A stretch of 64,000 nucleotides of DNA from Dehalococcoidia bacterium (GTDB lineage Bacteria > Chloroflexota > Dehalococcoidia > Lucifugimonadales > JAGWBF01): the NCBI GenBank assembly GCA_965116325.1, contig OZ220675.1, positions 385,138 to 449,137 on the forward strand, written 5' to 3'. Below the pieces are notes generated by a model. It ran no database searches and was not told the DNA's origin. It worked only from the letters and a program-made list of their open reading frames with translations. The translations under genes were made by a program, and so were the position numbers. Positions 1 through 9,463 of the stretch are shown here, piece after piece. The first letter of the stretch is position 1; every line of letters starts with the position of its first letter.

Positions 1-97
1 TTGAAGTAGGGGTCTCCGTCGGTGAGGCCCCGCCGCATGAAACCACCGCCAGGATCGCCAAGGCGGCCAGGAAAGACGTAGCGGCTAGTCTGAGCAT
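1..97 (-). CDS. 5' end of a lipoprotein or secreted-protein gene running off the left edge (signal peptide only)
   Basis: A reverse-strand ATG at 95-97 is followed by MLRLAATSFLAALAILAVVSCGGASPTE, a hydrophobic core plus a lipobox-like Cys. Only about 32 codons are visible. Confidence 0.35.
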   Translation of the reverse strand, partial: MLRLAATSFLAALAILAVVSCGGASPTETPTS

Positions 98-283
98 GGG
101 GCCATTATAGTTGCAGGGTGGTGCAATGTCATCCCAAGGCAGCCTTAGGGCCTGAGCATCGGGGATTGACCGCCAAAGTCCCCTGAAGCTACACTTCTAC
201 CGACGCCCCCATCCCCTGCCGGATGAAGGGTTACCACTCCAACTTCCAAGTCCGAACCTGCAAGAGACCAACAAGGGGGTCCA

Positions 284-724
284 GTGGACTGTCCAAGATG
301 CACAGTGCCCCTCAAGATTGAAGGCCACAAGGGCATCAACATAGATCGGTGCCCCAAGTGCCAGGGACTATGGCTGGACTACTCGGAACTGGACGAGCTG
401 GAAGACAAGGTGATGGATGAGGACACCGCCAAGGGAGCGATGATGTTCCGGTCCCACGGCGGGGACCTGTTGTGTCCAAAATGCGGCGCTTCCATGGAGT
501 GGTTCCGCTACCGGCACTACGACATGGAGATCGATTTCTGTGTCCAGGAACATGGTTTCTGGTTGGACAAGGGCGAGGAGAAACGGGTTACCGAAATCAT
601 GGAGCAACGGTCCAAGGACCTGAAAAGGTCCGCCAGCGCCGAATTGCAATGGGACAACTTCCTGGCCGGAATGAAGTCCAAGGGCTTCATGTCCAAGGTA
701 CGCGACCTATTCAAGCGTAAATAG
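284..724 (+). CDS. TFIIB-type zinc-ribbon domain protein (two CPxC...CPxC modules)
   Basis: GTG start preceded by AAGGGGG. Two repeats of CPRC..CPKC / CPKC..(C) followed by G(L/F)WLD, typical of the zf-TFIIB family. Confidence 0.75.
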   Translation: MDCPRCTVPLKIEGHKGINIDRCPKCQGLWLDYSELDELEDKVMDEDTAKGAMMFRSHGGDLLCPKCGASMEWFRYRHYDMEIDFCVQEHGFWLDKGEEKRVTEIMEQRSKDLKRSASAELQWDNFLAGMKSKGFMSKVRDLFKRK

Positions 725-807
725 CCCCGTCCTGCGCACGCGGCATCGAGATGCGCCTCAATCGCTCGTAACTCACAAAGACTGGCATAAACTCGGGAGG
801 TAGAAGC

Positions 808-1683
808 ATGGAAAACCCCAAGTTCGTGGATGTCAAAGGAGTTCGTACCAGGTACTTCGAGTCCGGCGAGGGCGATCCCCTGTTGCTTGTGCATGGAGGC
901 GCTTTCGGGGGATTTGACAACGCGGAGGACTGGGAAGTGAACTTCGATTCCCTGGCCGAGCACTTCCACACCTTCGCCATAGACAAGGTCGGACAAGGCT
1001 TCAGCGACCCTCCTTTGTCCGACGAGGAGTACGTGATTGGCGCTCACGTCAATCACATCTACGATTTCTTGTCGGCAGTGGGGATCGAAAGCGCCCATCT
1101 TGCCGGGCACTCCCGGGGAGGCTATGCGGTAACCCGAGTCGCCCTGGAGCACCCCGAGGTGGTCAGGACCCTGACTATTATTGACAGTTCCACGCTGATG
1201 ACGCCTCCGAACCCCATCTACGACGAGTGGGCCAGGCAGGCCGCCAACATCCCCGACCCCCGAGAGCAGATCAGGTTTCAGGTCGGCGCCAACTCTTTCA
1301 GGGCCGATCACGTTAGCGAGCGCCAGATTGACGTTGCCCTGGAGATACTGGACCTTCAAAAGACCAAGGACGTCATAAGACGCATGAACGACGGGCTTCG
1401 CGAGCAGTTCAAGACCGACCTCGTCGCCCGCCAGCCGGAAACCCACGCCTGGATCAGGGAAGGAGGAATCAAGTGCCCCACCCTGGTGATCTGGGCTTTC
1501 AACGACCCATCAGCCACCATGGAGCACTGCGGGATACCGTGCATGGAGCTGATCTTGCCGTCGGTGCCCAACTCCCAGATGCACATCGTCAACGAGGCGG
1601 GCCACTACTGCTATCGAGAGCAGCCCGAGGCCTTTGAGGATGTCCTGATTACCTTCATCAAGAAGAACTCGGGAGAGGGCTAA
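808..1683 (+). CDS. Alpha/beta hydrolase (meta-cleavage-product hydrolase-like)
   Basis: Carries HGG oxyanion motif, nucleophile elbow GHSRGG and C-terminal NEAGHY..EQPE. Confidence 0.85.
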   Translation: MENPKFVDVKGVRTRYFESGEGDPLLLVHGGAFGGFDNAEDWEVNFDSLAEHFHTFAIDKVGQGFSDPPLSDEEYVIGAHVNHIYDFLSAVGIESAHLAGHSRGGYAVTRVALEHPEVVRTLTIIDSSTLMTPPNPIYDEWARQAANIPDPREQIRFQVGANSFRADHVSERQIDVALEILDLQKTKDVIRRMNDGLREQFKTDLVARQPETHAWIREGGIKCPTLVIWAFNDPSATMEHCGIPCMELILPSVPNSQMHIVNEAGHYCYREQPEAFEDVLITFIKKNSGEG

Positions 1684-1686
1684 GCC

Positions 1687-2199
1687 ATGCCTTACACTCT
1701 GACGGACCTGGATGCCATGACCATCGAGCAGGCCCAAGCTCTGCCATTCGCCGACAGGGATGCCCTCCTGGACCTGATAATTGCCGATGGGCGCAAGCGG
1801 TCCACCGCCGATGTATCCCACCGGATAGGCCTGTACAGCGACTATTTCGACGAAGACCTGACCAGGATGCTTAAGGTCAACGCCGTCAGGGTGCTCTGTC
1901 GTGGGACCACTGAGTCTGGATTCGACGGGGTTATCGTGGGCGACACCGATGAGGAGCACTACAGGGCAGCCTTCCGCCACCTCGAGACGACTCTAAAGGC
2001 CGCCGGCACAAGCTACGACCGGGTGGTTACGATGATGGTGTTCCTGAAGAACATGGACAACTGGCCCATGCTGAACGAGGTGTACAAGGAGTTCGTCCAC
2101 AGCCAGCCATGCCGGGCGGTGATAGGTACGACAGGACTGGCCGAAAAACCCCTGATAATCGAAATCGTGGAGTGCCTGGCATACCGGGTGAATCCCTAG
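1687..2199 (+). CDS. RidA/YjgF/L-PSP family protein with N-terminal extension
   Basis: The C-terminal half (VVTMMVFLKNM...CRAVIGTTGLA..LIIEIVECLA) matches the RidA fold signature. It starts 4 nt after the preceding gene. Confidence 0.7.
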   Translation: MPYTLTDLDAMTIEQAQALPFADRDALLDLIIADGRKRSTADVSHRIGLYSDYFDEDLTRMLKVNAVRVLCRGTTESGFDGVIVGDTDEEHYRAAFRHLETTLKAAGTSYDRVVTMMVFLKNMDNWPMLNEVYKEFVHSQPCRAVIGTTGLAEKPLIIEIVECLAYRVNP

Positions 2200-2239
2200 T
2201 TTAAACCCGCTGCCCGGTGACACATAAACATGGCCACGC

Positions 2240-3343
2240 CTAGGGCCGGGGCCACACCACCTTTTTCGTCCCGTCCCTCCACTGCACCATAGGCACCGTC
2301 CTCCCCACTTGGGCGCCGCTGGCCGGGTCAATCTCGAAGGGGCCATAGAAGGTGGCGAACCGCAACCGCCTTACGGCCTCCATGAGGTCCGCGCTGTGCA
2401 GGCTCCCGGCTTCCATCACACAGCTCTCCACTGCCAGCCCAGCAGCATAGGCCTGGGCCATGGTGTAGTCCGCCTCCATCGTTCGGAACCCGGCGTGCCT
2501 GCTCTGAAGCTCAGCCGTCGTTGGCCCGTAGTCAGGCGCGTAGTCCAGGGCCGGCTCCCACTGGCTGGGGCCCATGAAGCCTTCCGCCATGGCTCCCATC
2601 TCTCTACCGAACAAGGATACTCCCGCCGCGACCACCACCAGCGCCTCCGCGTCCAGGGTTGCCGTTGCCAGTTCCTTCGCCAGGCCTATGTCATCCTGGA
2701 TGCGCCCCACACCGACCACAACGTCGGGGGAGCCCTCCTTGATGCGACTCGCAGCCTGTCTGAAGTCAGGAAGGTGCGGCTCGTAGGTTTCGTTGAAAAT
2801 GATCTCCCAGCCACGCTGGACGGCCCGCTCCACGAAACCCTCGGCCACAGCGCTCGGAAACGATCCCCGGGATGACCGTAGGACGGCCACTTTGCGGGGA
2901 ATGGCGTCCCTGTCCATCAGAAGGTCCACTACCCCCCATAGGTACTTGGAGGCGGGGGCTAGAATGCTGACGACCCAGCTAAAGCCGCCGTATTGCACAG
3001 CATCGGATGCGCCTCCGTGGTTCCACATCACCACGCCCAGCTCCTCGCATACGTGGGCGCAGGCCAGGCTGAGAGAGCTGGAGTAGGGCCCGAGCAGGAT
3101 GTCCGCCCGGTCTTCTTCAATCAGCCTGCGGGTTATGGAAGAGGCCGTTGCGGGCCTGCTCTCGTCATCGTAGTGAAGGAGATGTACTGGCAGAGGATCT
3201 GAGTGGCCGGTCAATCGTATTCCGCCTGCAGCGTTGCAGTCCTCGACCCAGTACCTTACGCCTTCGAAGGCCCGCGTTCCCTGGCTGCTGAACTGGCCCG
3301 TGAGGGAGATGGGAAGGCCAACCTTGATGGAGGTCCTGCTCAA
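2240..3343 (-). CDS. LivK-like (type 1 periplasmic-binding fold) ligand-binding protein with no visible signal peptide
   Basis: The N-terminus IKVGLPISLTGQFSSQG and the overall pattern are typical of branched-chain amino-acid binding proteins. The ORF starts directly at the mature-domain motif. Confidence 0.75.
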   Translation of the reverse strand: MSRTSIKVGLPISLTGQFSSQGTRAFEGVRYWVEDCNAAGGIRLTGHSDPLPVHLLHYDDESRPATASSITRRLIEEDRADILLGPYSSSLSLACAHVCEELGVVMWNHGGASDAVQYGGFSWVVSILAPASKYLWGVVDLLMDRDAIPRKVAVLRSSRGSFPSAVAEGFVERAVQRGWEIIFNETYEPHLPDFRQAASRIKEGSPDVVVGVGRIQDDIGLAKELATATLDAEALVVVAAGVSLFGREMGAMAEGFMGPSQWEPALDYAPDYGPTTAELQSRHAGFRTMEADYTMAQAYAAGLAVESCVMEAGSLHSADLMEAVRRLRFATFYGPFEIDPASGAQVGRTVPMVQWRDGTKKVVWPRP

Positions 3344-3374
3344 GCGCAGTCCGAAAAAGGCCCTGTTTGGGCGC

Positions 3375-4565
3375 TTACTCGCCGCTCAGGGGGCGGAATA
3401 TGCCAAAGGAGCTGGTGTAGCCGTGAAGGTAGGTCGATCCCGCCACAGGCCCGATCTCCCCGTTGCAGAAGAACCCCCCGAGGGGGACGTAGCCGATGGT
3501 GTCGACAAAGAGGCCGGTGTCGTGGTCGGGACGCCCGTACAGGTATTCGCCCCTGCCAAGGCAGGAGAAAAGCAGCGCGCCCGACGTATCCGTGGCCCGC
3601 TCTTCCTCGGCGTACCTGGCAAGGAGAGCGGACAGATCTTCGGCCGAGGTGATAGCATCCCGGAGATGAAACTGCACCCTCTGACCCTCCCGCAGCATCT
3701 CACCTATGGCGATAGCGCCACCCTCGGACTCAACTCCCATAACGTTGCGTATCAGGAAATCCCCCTGCTGGGGATTGTCGATGAAATCGTCCATCACAAT
3801 TCCAAGGAACAGGGAGTTCTGCATGAGGGACTGGTCACGCTCGCTTGAACGCACGAAGATCTCCTTCAGCACCTCTAGGGGAGGACGTTCGTCCAAGGCG
3901 ACTAGCATGTTGTTGCGGCTCTCGGTTATGCACATCAGGTCGCCGATAGGACGGCAGCCCTGAGCCACAACTGTGTCGATCACAATGTTGCCCTTCAGCG
4001 CCAGTCCGATGGCGCCCGAGCGGTGTATCTCGTCCCCCAGGAACAAGGCATTCTGGCCGGGCTGCTGGCCGCCGCTGGCCAGACCTCCGATCTTGGTGCT
4101 GTTCCTGTAGGCGTAGTCGATACCTTCAATAAATGCCTGGGCGGGGAAGCTGTAGGGGTCCGCCACCAGCATGAAGTAGGGGTAGTCGTCAGCGGGCACG
4201 CCCAGAGCCTCCTCCCACCTGGAAGGACTGGCATCCTGGTCGGGAACGTCGCTGCCTACCAGGTGAAAGGCTTTTACATCTACGCCGGGCATGGAAGCTA
4301 CCGTCAAGGATACCCCCGGGCTGTGCTCTACCTCCCTGGAACCTCCGATTACGCCTCCCGCCGAGCACCCGAACACCAGGACGTTTCCCAAGTGCTCCCG
4401 CACAAGCGAAGGCACGCGGCTGTACTCCCCGGCGAAATGCTGGGACACGAAGACTACTGCGACATCCCCTTGCTCACCCTGCAGCTGCTCCTTTACCTGG
4501 GTAGCGCAGATGGCGAGAGCTTCATCCAGGGACTCCTTGTCGGACACGGTGGAAGACCATTTCAT
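3375..4565 (-). CDS. FIST (N+C) domain sensory protein
   Basis: 396 aa with the FIST_N/FIST_C pattern (..VVFVSQHF.., GGLASGG, FFCNGEIGP). Confidence 0.75.
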   Translation of the reverse strand: MKWSSTVSDKESLDEALAICATQVKEQLQGEQGDVAVVFVSQHFAGEYSRVPSLVREHLGNVLVFGCSAGGVIGGSREVEHSPGVSLTVASMPGVDVKAFHLVGSDVPDQDASPSRWEEALGVPADDYPYFMLVADPYSFPAQAFIEGIDYAYRNSTKIGGLASGGQQPGQNALFLGDEIHRSGAIGLALKGNIVIDTVVAQGCRPIGDLMCITESRNNMLVALDERPPLEVLKEIFVRSSERDQSLMQNSLFLGIVMDDFIDNPQQGDFLIRNVMGVESEGGAIAIGEMLREGQRVQFHLRDAITSAEDLSALLARYAEEERATDTSGALLFSCLGRGEYLYGRPDHDTGLFVDTIGYVPLGGFFCNGEIGPVAGSTYLHGYTSSFGIFRPLSGE

Positions 4566-4794
4566 TACGCCACATCTCCAGCCCGAAATTGGTTCTATCA
4601 GCTATAACCTCGGGCGCATCTGACTACTGCCAGTATAGCAGGCCAAGGTTGCCCTTTCATCTTGGCCTCCAGGGGCAGCGTGGGCCGATGAGCCGAAATG
4701 TAGCTTTTCCCGGCCTCATGGGCCACAATAGGCCCACCGGCCCGGGCCCACGCACACCAGGCCTGCCAACCTTGACGAAGACGCGAGAGGTGCA

Positions 4795-6840
4795 TTGATG
4801 CCCAACCATCTCATCAACGAGACCAGCCCCTACCTGCTACAGCACGCCAACAACCCTGTGGACTGGTACCCGTGGGGCGAAGAAGCCCTCTCCAAGGCCC
4901 AAAGTGAGGACAAGCCCATCCTATTGAGCATCGGATACTCGGCCTGCCACTGGTGTCACGTCATGGAGCGGGAGTCCTTCGAAGACCCCGGCATAGCCCG
5001 GATAATGAACGACAACTATGTCTGCATCAAGGTTGACCGGGAGGAGAGGCCGGACCTGGATAGCATTTACATGAACGCAGTCCAAGCCCTTACCGGAGGC
5101 GGAGGCTGGCCCATGACCGTCTTCCTCACTCCCGATGCCCGTCCCTTCTACGGTGGCACCTATTTTCCGCCCGAGGACCGGGGGGGCATGGTGGGCTTTC
5201 CCAAGCTGTTGACCAGGGTAGCCGAGGCCTTCAGGACCCGCCGGGGAGAGGTCATGCAGACCACCAATGAGCTGCTCAACCATATCCAGCCCCAACCCCC
5301 TGCTCGAGGCGCCAACCCCCTGAGCGCCGAAGTCCTCCACGATGCAATGGCGACCCTCGTCCAGGGGTTCGACTTCGACAACGGCGGCTTCGGCTCCGCC
5401 CCCAAGTTCCCCCAGCCCATGATTTACGATTTCCTTCTCCACTATCACCACATAAACAAGGACCCCTTTGCCTTGCAGATGGTGGAGATGTCGGCGGAGA
5501 GAATGGGACGCGGCGGGATGTACGACCAGATCGGGGGAGGATTCCACAGATACTCCACCGATGCCCAATGGCTGGTGCCCCACTTCGAAAAAATGCTCTA
5601 CGACAATGCCCTGCTGAGCCGCCTTTACCTGCACCTCTTCCAGGCAACGGGCAACGGCTGGTACCAGCGCATCGCTGAGGAGACCATGGACTACGTGCTG
5701 CGGGAGATGACGGACCCGGCCGGGGGCTTCTACTCCACCCAGGACGCCGACAGCGAAGGTGTCGAGGGCAAGTTCTTCGTATGGTCCGTGGACGAGATCG
5801 TGGGCCTGCTGGGGCCGGAGGACGGCCCCGTCGTGGCCGGCTACCTAGGGGCCACCGTGGAAGGCAACTTCGAGGGGCGCAACATCCTGCACCTGCCCGA
5901 GGCTACGGGCCCTTACGCCGAAAAACACGGTCTGTCTATTGAGGAGCTGATAGACAAGGTGCAGCGGGGAAAGAACCTTCTCCTCGAGGAACGGGAGACG
6001 CGCATACACCTGGCCCGGGACGATAAGGTGCTCACGGCATGGAACGGGTTGATGATTCGCAGCTTTGCCGAGGCCGCCTCTATCCTGGAGCGGGACGACT
6101 ACAGGCAGGCAGCCATAAACAGCGCCACGTTCATCCTGGACAATCTCCGAAGGGACGGACGCCTCCTCCGCACATACAAAGATGGCCACGCGAAGCTGAA
6201 CGGCTACCTGGAGGACTACTCCTTCATGGCCCACGGCCTGCTGGCCCTGTATGAGGCGACCTTCGATTCCCGGTGGTTCGATGAAGCCAACTCCCTGGGA
6301 AGGGACATGATTGACCTGTTCTGGGATGAGGCCCAGGGCATCTTCTACGACACCAGCCGGGACCATGAAGCCCTCGTGGTGCGCCCCCGGGACTTCTTCG
6401 ACAATGCGACACCCTGCGGGGGCTCGGTGGCCACCAGCGTCCTGCTCCAACTTGGCGTACTGACCGGGGACGGCGAATACTCCCGGCGGGCGTCGGTCGC
6501 CATGCACGCAGTCCAGCAGCACCTTGCGCGGATCGCCCAGGGGATGGGCCGATGGCTGGCCAACGTGTGCTTCTACACCTCAGCCCCCAAGGAGATCGCC
6601 ATCATCGGCGACCCATCGTCGGCAGACAGCCGTGCCCTGATTAGGGAGGTCTATCGGCGTTACCTTCCCAACAAAGTGGTAGCCGGCGCCTCCAGCCCTG
6701 TGCCCGACGACCCTGCGATGCCCTTGCTCAATGAGCGGGGCATGATCGACGGCAGGCCCACAGCCTACGTCTGCGAGAACTACTCCTGCCAGCTTCCCGT
6801 GACCACACCCGAAGAGCTGGCCTCCCAGCTGGAGCAGTAG
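4795..6840 (+). CDS. Thioredoxin-domain protein of the DUF255/YyaL family
   Basis: Carries [29 protein letters not shown], the CHWCHVME motif and a long (alpha/alpha)6-like C-terminal part. Confidence 0.9.
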   Translation: MMPNHLINETSPYLLQHANNPVDWYPWGEEALSKAQSEDKPILLSIGYSACHWCHVMERESFEDPGIARIMNDNYVCIKVDREERPDLDSIYMNAVQALTGGGGWPMTVFLTPDARPFYGGTYFPPEDRGGMVGFPKLLTRVAEAFRTRRGEVMQTTNELLNHIQPQPPARGANPLSAEVLHDAMATLVQGFDFDNGGFGSAPKFPQPMIYDFLLHYHHINKDPFALQMVEMSAERMGRGGMYDQIGGGFHRYSTDAQWLVPHFEKMLYDNALLSRLYLHLFQATGNGWYQRIAEETMDYVLREMTDPAGGFYSTQDADSEGVEGKFFVWSVDEIVGLLGPEDGPVVAGYLGATVEGNFEGRNILHLPEATGPYAEKHGLSIEELIDKVQRGKNLLLEERETRIHLARDDKVLTAWNGLMIRSFAEAASILERDDYRQAAINSATFILDNLRRDGRLLRTYKDGHAKLNGYLEDYSFMAHGLLALYEATFDSRWFDEANSLGRDMIDLFWDEAQGIFYDTSRDHEALVVRPRDFFDNATPCGGSVATSVLLQLGVLTGDGEYSRRASVAMHAVQQHLARIAQGMGRWLANVCFYTSAPKEIAIIGDPSSADSRALIREVYRRYLPNKVVAGASSPVPDDPAMPLLNERGMIDGRPTAYVCENYSCQLPVTTPEELASQLEQ

Positions 6841-6866
6841 GCGGTTCACTAACCTCGCCTTTCGTC

Positions 6867-6886
6867 ATTGCAGGTAAGGCCGCAAT
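6867..6886. repeat. Degenerate copy of the palindromic REP-like element attgcggc-NNNN-gccgcaat
   Basis: The sequence attgcaggtaaggccgcaat, with flanks gtc...c, resembles the copies at 53278, 53389 and 57351. Confidence 0.4.
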
Positions 6887-6959
6887 CCGAGACGGAGCAC
6901 TGTCGGCTTCTATGTTGGCTGCAACATCCCAGTGGCCATTGCAGTGGGCATCCCCGGGC

Positions 6960-6998
6960 TGTCCGTTCGCACTGAGAGAAATCGAAGGGGAACGGACA
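6960..6998 (-). repeat. Copy of the dispersed 'tccccttcgatttc' element inside a 9-bp inverted repeat
   Basis: tgtccgttc...gaacggaca flanks gagaaatcgaagggga, which is the reverse complement of tccccttcgatttctc. The same core occurs at 53187 and 57128. Confidence 0.5.
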
Positions 6999-7104
6999 GG
7001 CGAGGCGAGCCTGCTTTTGGGAAAGAGGCCAGGTACTCACCACACCCTACATCACAAGTGCAGCGGCTTGGGCCGCCTTGCTACCCACACCTGCCCGTTG
7101 GATG

Positions 7105-7110
7105 TATAAT
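7105..7110 (+). promoter_or_regulatory. Possible -10 box (TATAAT) upstream of the icd-family gene
   Basis: Perfect TATAAT 74 nt upstream of the ATG at 7184. No good -35 at 17 nt (TTGCTA lies 21 nt away). Confidence 0.25.
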
Positions 7111-7183
7111 TGGGCAGACTTCCAGGGAGCGCCTCAGCTACGTGCCTCCCGGGGAGCCCCACACCACGCTTTTGGAGAGATTC

Positions 7184-8389
7184 ATGGCTGACAACCAGGT
7201 TATTGAAGCCGCCAAAGAGAAGTTTGGCGCAGTGCTTGAGCAGCAGCTTGAGAGGGTCGAGCGCCTCAAGGCCGAACTGGACTGGACCGACTACAGCAAA
7301 GTCAGTCCCATCGTCGTCGGCACCATCGGAGGGGACGGCATCGGACCATACATCGCCGCCGAGGCCCAGCGGGTGCTGGAGTTCCTGCTTCGCGACGAGG
7401 TGGCTTCGGGCAAGGTCGTCTTCAAGACTATCGAAGGACTGACCATCGAGAACCGGGCCGCTAACCTAAAGAGCATACCCGACGATGTACTGGCGGAGAT
7501 CAAGACCTGCCACGTCACCCTGAAGGGACCCACCCATACACCGGAGCAAGGCGACGGCTGGCCCAACCTGGAGAGCGCCAACGTCTCCATGCGCAAAGAG
7601 CTGGACTTATTCGCCAACGTCCGGCCCGTGCGCATCCCTCAGCAGGGCATAGACTGGACCTTCTTCCGAGAGAACACCGAGGATATGTACGCAGTGGGAA
7701 GCCAGGGCGTCAACGTTACCGAGGACCTGGGCATAGACTTCCGGGTCATCACCAGCCAGGGCTCGGAGCGCATTATCGAGGCAGCCTTTGCCCATGCCAA
7801 GCGCACCGGCAAGGACAACGTGACCGTCGTCACCAAGGCGAACGTAGTAAAGACCACCGACGGGAAGTTCCTGGACATCGCCAGGAAGGTATCCGAAAGG
7901 TACCCTGGGATCACCTGGGAGGGCTGGTACATCGACCTCATGACCGCCGCCCTGATTAACCCCGCCCGCCAGAAGCAATTCCAGGTACTGGTGCTGCCCA
8001 ACCTGTACGGTGACATCCTCACTGACGAAGCCGCCCAGATCCAGGGCGGTATCGGCACCGCCGGGAGCGCCAACATGGGCAAGGCGTACGCCATGTTCGA
8101 AGCCATCCACGGGAGCGCCCCCCGCATGGTCAACGAAGGTCGGGCCCAGTACGCCGATCCCAGCTCCATGATGAGGGCAGGGGCGATGATGTTGACCCAC
8201 CTGGGATTCGAAGAGAAGGGCGACAAACTTCACAAAGCCCTGGAAATATGCGGGCAGTACGAGCGCAGCGTAGTGATGACAGGACGGAGCAACGGCGCCA
8301 CCGGCGAGGAGTTCGGCAACTACCTGATGAACACCATAGAGGATGCCCGGCTGGAGGAACGCTGGGAGCAGTACGTCCAGGAAGCTTAG
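7184..8389 (+). CDS. icd: Isocitrate/isopropylmalate dehydrogenase family enzyme (NAD-IDH-like) with about 55-aa N-terminal extension
   Basis: Family motifs GDGIGPYI, NLYGDILTDEAAQIQGGIG and EAIHGSAP. The ATG at 7184 was chosen because the longer ORF (from 6932) runs through intergenic repeats. Confidence 0.85.
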   Translation: MADNQVIEAAKEKFGAVLEQQLERVERLKAELDWTDYSKVSPIVVGTIGGDGIGPYIAAEAQRVLEFLLRDEVASGKVVFKTIEGLTIENRAANLKSIPDDVLAEIKTCHVTLKGPTHTPEQGDGWPNLESANVSMRKELDLFANVRPVRIPQQGIDWTFFRENTEDMYAVGSQGVNVTEDLGIDFRVITSQGSERIIEAAFAHAKRTGKDNVTVVTKANVVKTTDGKFLDIARKVSERYPGITWEGWYIDLMTAALINPARQKQFQVLVLPNLYGDILTDEAAQIQGGIGTAGSANMGKAYAMFEAIHGSAPRMVNEGRAQYADPSSMMRAGAMMLTHLGFEEKGDKLHKALEICGQYERSVVMTGRSNGATGEEFGNYLMNTIEDARLEERWEQYVQEA

Positions 8390-8475
8390 AGCGAAGTGCA
8401 GCATAGGCGAAAACACTAAGAGAACGAAAACTCTTCTCGTTCCCTTAGAGAACAACCTCAAGAAAGGCAGCATAA

Positions 8476-9411
8476 ATGACCAGGAGCAAAGTCACAGTCG
8501 TTGGGGCGGGAAATGTCGGCGCTACCACCGCCCAGCGAATTCACGGGTTGGGTATCGCCGACGTAGTCCTGGTGGATGTGGTTGAAGACCTGCCCCAGGG
8601 CAAGGGCCTCGATATGCTGGAGTCGGGGCCCGTCTTGGGCTCCGACGCCCAGATCGTGGGTAGCAATGGCCACGAGGCTACGGCAGGCTCGGACCTTGCC
8701 ATCGTCACGGCAGGCATCGCCCGCAGGCCAGGCATGAGCCGGGATGACCTGCTTCTGACCAACATGAAGATCATCGGTGACGTCACCCGCGCGGTGGTGG
8801 AGCACTCCCCTGACTGCGTGCTGATGGTGGTCACCAACCCCCTGGATGCCATGGTTCAGCATGCCTACGAGGTGAGCGGTTTTCCCCGCCACCGGGTGTT
8901 CGGCATGGCGGGGGTGCTGGATACAGCCAGGTTCCGCACCTTCATCGCCCGGGAGTTGGATGTGTCGGTAGAGGATATCCAGGCTGTGGTACTGGGCAGC
9001 CACGGGGACGACATGGTCCCCCTGGTGCGCTACACATCCGTCGGGGGAATTCCACTGACGGACCTCCTGCCCGCCGAGAGGATCGAGCAGCTTGTGCAGA
9101 GGACCCGCCAGGGAGGCGGTGAAATAGTTGCGCTCCTGAAGGCCGGAAGCGCCTACTATGCTCCCTCGGCGGCTGTGGCCCAGATGGCTGAGGCGGTGCT
9201 TCTGGACAAGAAGCGCATCCTCCCCTGTTCCGTTTACCTGGATGGCGAGTACGGCATCCAGGGCCTCTATATGGGCGTGCCCGTAAAGCTGGGCGCCAAC
9301 GGCGTGGAAGAGATCATCCAGGTAGACCTGACCCAGGAGGAGAGGGATGCCCTCAATCTTTCCGCCAACAACGTCAAAGAGCTACTTGAGGTTATGAAGA
9401 ACGCTGCGTAA
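8476..9411 (+). CDS. mdh: Malate dehydrogenase (LDH-like MDH)
   Basis: Carries [34 protein letters not shown] and GSHGD. Confidence 0.95.
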   Translation: MTRSKVTVVGAGNVGATTAQRIHGLGIADVVLVDVVEDLPQGKGLDMLESGPVLGSDAQIVGSNGHEATAGSDLAIVTAGIARRPGMSRDDLLLTNMKIIGDVTRAVVEHSPDCVLMVVTNPLDAMVQHAYEVSGFPRHRVFGMAGVLDTARFRTFIARELDVSVEDIQAVVLGSHGDDMVPLVRYTSVGGIPLTDLLPAERIEQLVQRTRQGGGEIVALLKAGSAYYAPSAAVAQMAEAVLLDKKRILPCSVYLDGEYGIQGLYMGVPVKLGANGVEEIIQVDLTQEERDALNLSANNVKELLEVMKNAA

Positions 9412-9463
9412 ACTTTGCAGTGTAGGCTTATGTTGAGCCTAACCTGGCCCGGAGGAAGGTCAC

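Noticed and set aside
6932-7183. N-terminal 84-codon extension of the icd-family ORF
   Set aside because: The extension runs through intergenic repeat copies (the REP-like element and the 'tccccttcgatttc' element) and a TATAAT box. The family-typical protein begins after the ATG at 7184.
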